Source: Lachnospiraceae bacterium
Lineage (GTDB): Bacteria; Bacillota; Clostridia; Lachnospirales; Lachnospiraceae
Reading direction: 5' to 3'
Assembly: GCA_017615545.1 (NCBI GenBank)
Contig: JAFZZY010000039.1
Span: 1 to 32,000, forward strand
DNA: 32,000 bases
Part shown: positions 25,513 through 32,000 of the stretch, one piece after another
How the letters are laid out: every line of letters starts with the position of its first letter
Numbering within the stretch: position 1 is the stretch's first letter
Notes under the pieces: generated by a model
The model's input: only the letters and a program-made list of their open reading frames with translations
Databases searched by the model: none
What the model was told of the DNA's origin: nothing
Position numbers and translations under genes: made by a program

Positions 25513-27009
25513 ATGGGAAAGCCTACCGGATTTTTGGAATATGAACGACAAGAAAATACGGATGTGCCGGTATCTGCCCGGATCACGAACTTCCGTGAAT
25601 TTCACGAGCCGCTGACGCCGGAGAAACGGCGGACGCAGGGCGCGCGCTGCATGAACTGCGGCGTTCCCTTCTGCCAGTCAGCCATGAAATTGAATGGCAT
25701 GGTGACGGGCTGCCCGTTGCACAACCTGATCCCCGAGTGGAACGAGGAAGTCTATCTGGGCAATGATGCGCACGCATTCAACCGTCTGGCGAAGACCTCC
25801 AACTTCCCGGAGTTCACCGGGAGAGTGTGCCCGGCGCTGTGCGAGAAGGCCTGCATCAATGGCATGTGCGGTTCCCCTGTCACCATTCACGACAACGAGC
25901 TGTTCATCATCGAGACGGCGTTCAAAGAGGGCTTCATCAAGCCGATGCCTCCGAAGGTACGCAGCGGCAAGAAGGTCGCTGTCATCGGAAGCGGCCCTTC
26001 GGGTCTGGCGACGGCAGATACGCTGAACCACCGCGGCCACAGCGTGACCGTGTACGAGCGCAGCGACCGTATCGGTGGTCTGCTGATGTACGGCATCCCG
26101 AATATGAAACTTGATAAATCCGTGATCCTGCGCCGTCAGGCGCTGATGGAGGCCGAAGGTGTGACCTTCAAGACCGGCGTGAACGTCGGCGTGGATGTCA
26201 CCGCGGAGGAGCTCATGAAGGAGTACGACGCGATCGTTTTGTGCTGCGGCGCAAAGCAGGCGCGGTCCCTCGCAGGCATTGACCCGAAGACCATGGGCGG
26301 CGTGTATTATGCGGTGGATTTCCTGACTTCGACCACGAAGGCGATCCTGGATAACGATATCGCCAGCCGCGAGATGAGCGAGCTGGAGGCAGCCGGCGGA
26401 TACATTTCCGCGAAGGGTAAGAACGTCGTCGTTGTCGGTGGCGGTGACACGGGCAATGACTGCATCGGTACGGTGATCCGTCACGGCTGTAAGTCGGTGA
26501 CGGCGCTGGAGATGATGGCGCAGCCTCCGAAGGAACGCGCGGCAAACAATCCCTGGCCCGAATGGCCGAAGGTCGAGAAGACCGATTACGGCCACCAGGA
26601 AGCCATTGACCGCTTCGGCAAGGATCCGCGCCGCTACGAGACGACGGTGAAGGAAGCAATCTGCGACGAAAAGGGAAACCTGAAGGAACTCGTGATCGCG
26701 AAGGTGCGCTTTGTGGACCGGAAGCTTGAGATCGTGGAAGGCAGCGAGGAGACGATCCCCTGCGAACTTCTGCTGATCGCGGCGGGCTTCGTAGGCTGCG
26801 AGCGCTACGTGCCCGAAGCATTTTCCGTAAGCGTGGGTCCGAGGGGCAATGTTGCGACGGCCGAATCGGCGTACACGACCGACGTTCCGAAGGTATTCAC
26901 TGCAGGCGACATACACCGCGGCCAGTCCCTGGTCGTTTGGGGCGTAGCCGAAGGTCGTGCATGCGCACAGGAAGTCGATAAATTTTTGATGGGATACAGC
27001 AATCTGTGA
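25513..27009 (+). CDS. gltD: glutamate synthase small subunit (NAD(P)H-dependent)
   Basis: ATG at 25513, 6 nt after GGAGGG; the track's TTG at 25507 is the alternative start. Fe-S cysteines are [11 protein letters not shown] and [11 protein letters not shown]. Dinucleotide folds are [12 protein letters not shown] and [13 protein letters not shown]. Confidence 0.9.
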   Translation: MGKPTGFLEYERQENTDVPVSARITNFREFHEPLTPEKRRTQGARCMNCGVPFCQSAMKLNGMVTGCPLHNLIPEWNEEVYLGNDAHAFNRLAKTSNFPEFTGRVCPALCEKACINGMCGSPVTIHDNELFIIETAFKEGFIKPMPPKVRSGKKVAVIGSGPSGLATADTLNHRGHSVTVYERSDRIGGLLMYGIPNMKLDKSVILRRQALMEAEGVTFKTGVNVGVDVTAEELMKEYDAIVLCCGAKQARSLAGIDPKTMGGVYYAVDFLTSTTKAILDNDIASREMSELEAAGGYISAKGKNVVVVGGGDTGNDCIGTVIRHGCKSVTALEMMAQPPKERAANNPWPEWPKVEKTDYGHQEAIDRFGKDPRRYETTVKEAICDEKGNLKELVIAKVRFVDRKLEIVEGSEETIPCELLLIAAGFVGCERYVPEAFSVSVGPRGNVATAESAYTTDVPKVFTAGDIHRGQSLVVWGVAEGRACAQEVDKFLMGYSNL

Positions 27010-27031
27010 TATAATATCAAAGGTGGGGCGT

Positions 27032-28480
27032 ATGAAAGGTAATGTGAACGAAGAATGCGGCGTATTCGGCATCTATGAGCCGGAAGAAGGGCAGATCGCA
27101 CAGATCGTGTACCACGGTCTGGTGGCCCTGCAGCACCGCGGCGAGGAAGCAGCGGGCATCGCGGTCAATAAGGGCCGCGTGATCACCTGTGATAAGGATC
27201 TCGGTCTGGTGAGCGAGGTCTTCGACCAGGAGCGGCTTTCGCGTCTGGGCACCGGCAACATGGCGATCGGCCACGTGCGTTACTCGACGAGCGGTTGCAG
27301 CACGAAGGAGAACGCGCAGCCCATGCTGGTGAAACATATCAAAGGCCAGCTGGCGCTCACGCACAACGGCAACCTGGTCAATTCTTCCCAGTTGCGACGC
27401 GAACTGGAAGAGCAGGGCTGCATCTTTCATACGACCAGCGACACCGAGGTGATCTCCTACATCATCACGAGGCAGCGCCTGGTGACCCCGTCCATCGAGG
27501 CGGCGGTCGAGAAGGCGATGGACATTTTGGACGGAGCGTATTCGCTGGTCCTGATGTCGCCGGCGAAACTGATCGCAGTCCGCGATCCGCATGGTTTTAA
27601 GCCTCTGTGCATGGGCAGGATCCCCGCGACCGGCGCCATTCTGTTCGCGTCGGAGACGGCGGCCCTGGCGGCGGTCGGCGCGGAGTTCGAACGCGACATC
27701 CGGCCCGGCGAGATCGTGGTGGTGGAAGCGGGACAGGTCCGCAGCATCACCAGCCACTGCGACACCGAAAAACGCAGTTTATGCATCTTTGAACACATCT
27801 ATTTTGCGCGGCCCGACTCGAAGATCGACGGCGTATTTGCCAATGATTTTCGCATAGAAGCCGGCAAAAGCCTGGCGAGAAACGGGGCGGTCGACGCGGA
27901 CATCGTGATCGGCGTTCCCGATTCGGGCCTATCCGCAGCACTCGGTTTTGCGGAAGAATCCGGTCTCCGCTATGAGATCGGACTGATCAAAAACAAATAC
28001 ATTGGCCGGAGCTTTATCGCTCCGTCACAGGAAGAACGGGCAGACATGGTGCACATGAAGCTCTCGTGCGTGGTGCCGGCGGTGCGCGGAAAGCGCGTGG
28101 TGCTGATCGACGACTCGATCGTGCGCGGTACCACGAGCGCACAGATCGTGCGGCTTCTGAAGGATGCAGGAGCAAAGGAAGTGCACATGCGGATCTCGTC
28201 ACCGCCGTTCATGAACCCCTGCTACTACGGAACCGACATCGACTCGCGTGAACATCTGATCGCGTGCCGGATGACGATCCCGGAGATCTGCAAGTTCATC
28301 GGCGCGGACAGTCTCGCGTTTCTTCAGGTCGACGCGGCCCGGGACATCCTGGCGCGGCTGATGCAGGTTTCCGGAGATCAGGTCGGCGTTTGCACCGCCT
28401 GCTTCGACGGAGACTATCCGACCCGGGTGCCGGAGCATTATGAGAAAAACCGGTTTGAAACAATGGAGGTATCGACGTGA
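27032..28480 (+). CDS. purF: amidophosphoribosyltransferase
   Basis: ATG at 27032 behind AGGTGGGG. The short propeptide plus catalytic Cys ([14 protein letters not shown]) is like B. subtilis PurF. PRPP loop is [10 protein letters not shown]-terminal Fe-S cysteines are [10 protein letters not shown]. Confidence 0.95.
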   Translation: MKGNVNEECGVFGIYEPEEGQIAQIVYHGLVALQHRGEEAAGIAVNKGRVITCDKDLGLVSEVFDQERLSRLGTGNMAIGHVRYSTSGCSTKENAQPMLVKHIKGQLALTHNGNLVNSSQLRRELEEQGCIFHTTSDTEVISYIITRQRLVTPSIEAAVEKAMDILDGAYSLVLMSPAKLIAVRDPHGFKPLCMGRIPATGAILFASETAALAAVGAEFERDIRPGEIVVVEAGQVRSITSHCDTEKRSLCIFEHIYFARPDSKIDGVFANDFRIEAGKSLARNGAVDADIVIGVPDSGLSAALGFAEESGLRYEIGLIKNKYIGRSFIAPSQEERADMVHMKLSCVVPAVRGKRVVLIDDSIVRGTTSAQIVRLLKDAGAKEVHMRISSPPFMNPCYYGTDIDSREHLIACRMTIPEICKFIGADSLAFLQVDAARDILARLMQVSGDQVGVCTACFDGDYPTRVPEHYEKNRFETMEVST

Positions 28481-29562
28481 AGGCATATCTGATCTTAGAG
28501 GACGGGACTACATTTTGCGGAACTTGCGTGGGCGCGCCTGCGGAAGTCATCGCGGAGATCGTCTTCAACACATCGATGACCGGATACCTGGAGATATTGA
28601 CAGACCCGTCGTATTGCGGGCAGGCTGTCGTGTTTACGTATCCGTTGATCGGAAATTACGGCATATGTTTCGATGACATGGAGTCAAAGAACATCTGGCC
28701 CAAGGCGATGATCGCCCGCGGCATCTCGGACATCCCGAGCAATTTCCGTTCGGAAAATACGTTACCGAACCTGCTGAAGCGGTATCACATCCCGGCGATC
28801 AGCGGCATCGATACACGTGCGCTGACGAAGCATTTGCGTACGGCCGGGACCATGAACGGCATGATCACCACGAAGGAATACCTGCCGGACGATCTTCCGA
28901 AGATCCTGGCGAAGATCCGCGGCTACAAGGTGACCGACGGCGTTCGTTTGACGACGGCAAAAGAAGCGGAAGAATTCGCGCCGACCGGCCCTTCGATCGG
29001 AAAACGGGTGGCGCTGTATGATATGGGTGAGAAGGAAAATATCCTGCGGAGTCTGCGGGCGCGCGGGATCACAGTGAAGAATTTTCCGGCGACGGCGAGT
29101 GCGAAAGAGATCCTCGCGTACAAGCCGGACGGCATCATGATCTCCAACGGGCCGGGCGACCCGAAGGATAATTTCCATGTAATAAAGGAATTAAAAGAGA
29201 TCTATGCGAGCGACATTCCGGTGTTCGCCATCTGCCTGGGCCACCAGTTGATGGCGCTGGCGACGGGCGCGGATACTTATAAGCTGCCCTATGGACACCG
29301 CGGCGCGAACCATCCGGTGAAGGATCTGGAGACCGGACGTGTGTACATCACGTCGCAGAACCATGGCTATGCGGTCGACATGAAGACCGTGGATCCGAAG
29401 ATCGCCGTGGCGGCCTACGAGAATGTCAACGATAAGACGAATGAAGGCCTGCGCTATGTGGGCAGAAATATATTGACCGTACAGTTCCACCCGGAGGCAA
29501 GTCCGGGACCGAAGGATACGGAGGGACTGTTTGATCGTTTTGTGGAGATGATGGAGGCGTAA
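28477..29562 (+). CDS. carA: carbamoyl-phosphate synthase small (glutaminase) subunit
   Basis: GTG start overlapping the purF stop (GTGA). The class I triad context is ICLGHQL, and HGYAV and QFHPEA are also present. Confidence 0.95.
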   Translation: MKAYLILEDGTTFCGTCVGAPAEVIAEIVFNTSMTGYLEILTDPSYCGQAVVFTYPLIGNYGICFDDMESKNIWPKAMIARGISDIPSNFRSENTLPNLLKRYHIPAISGIDTRALTKHLRTAGTMNGMITTKEYLPDDLPKILAKIRGYKVTDGVRLTTAKEAEEFAPTGPSIGKRVALYDMGEKENILRSLRARGITVKNFPATASAKEILAYKPDGIMISNGPGDPKDNFHVIKELKEIYASDIPVFAICLGHQLMALATGADTYKLPYGHRGANHPVKDLETGRVYITSQNHGYAVDMKTVDPKIAVAAYENVNDKTNEGLRYVGRNILTVQFHPEASPGPKDTEGLFDRFVEMMEA

Positions 29563-29563
29563 C

Positions 29564-32000
<2,437 letters not shown>

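Overview
All credible genes in this 32-kb window are on the + strand. Gene content, Shine-Dalgarno RBSs, TTGACA/TATAAT-type promoters and intrinsic terminators suggest a Firmicutes, probably Clostridia, chromosome; that assignment is an inference. No rRNA, tRNA, CRISPR array, transposase or integrase was recognised.

The window has three parts.

(1) 1-8.7 kb is a compositionally mosaic accessory stretch. By eye, GC is about 40% at 1-2270 and rises to about 60% by 5-7 kb. It holds small unknown genes, a GNAT, a NUDIX hydrolase, a translationally coupled polytopic membrane protein plus lipoprotein pair, a FlaR-like P-loop kinase, a YcaQ/AlkZ-family glycosylase, a zinc-ribbon membrane protein and a SAM methyltransferase.

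(2) 8.8-15 kb holds a MetRS-family gene whose KMSKS loop reads KASSS. It is followed by an unannotated 50-codon signal-peptide/Cys-rich acidic ORF with four helically phased direct repeats over its promoter and a structured 3' region. Next come an ABC ATPase with a 707-aa permease and one unknown gene.

(3) 15-32 kb is a glutamine-centred nitrogen-assimilation supercluster: asnB, type III glutamine synthetase, an ammonium transporter fused in frame to a P-II domain, gltB, gltD, purF, carA and carB (truncated by the window edge).

The best candidates for something undescribed are:
- The leaders of asnB and gltB. Each has the same TTGACA-17-TAAAAT promoter, followed by a hairpin whose 5' arm starts with the same 10-mer GCAAAGGCGC, and the hairpin is bracketed by complementary arms. 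For asnB the hairpin is a full intrinsic terminator that transcription must read through.
- The small Cys-rich peptide/ABC module with its repeat-decorated promoter.

Many long antisense ORFs in the track are shadow ORFs and were rejected.
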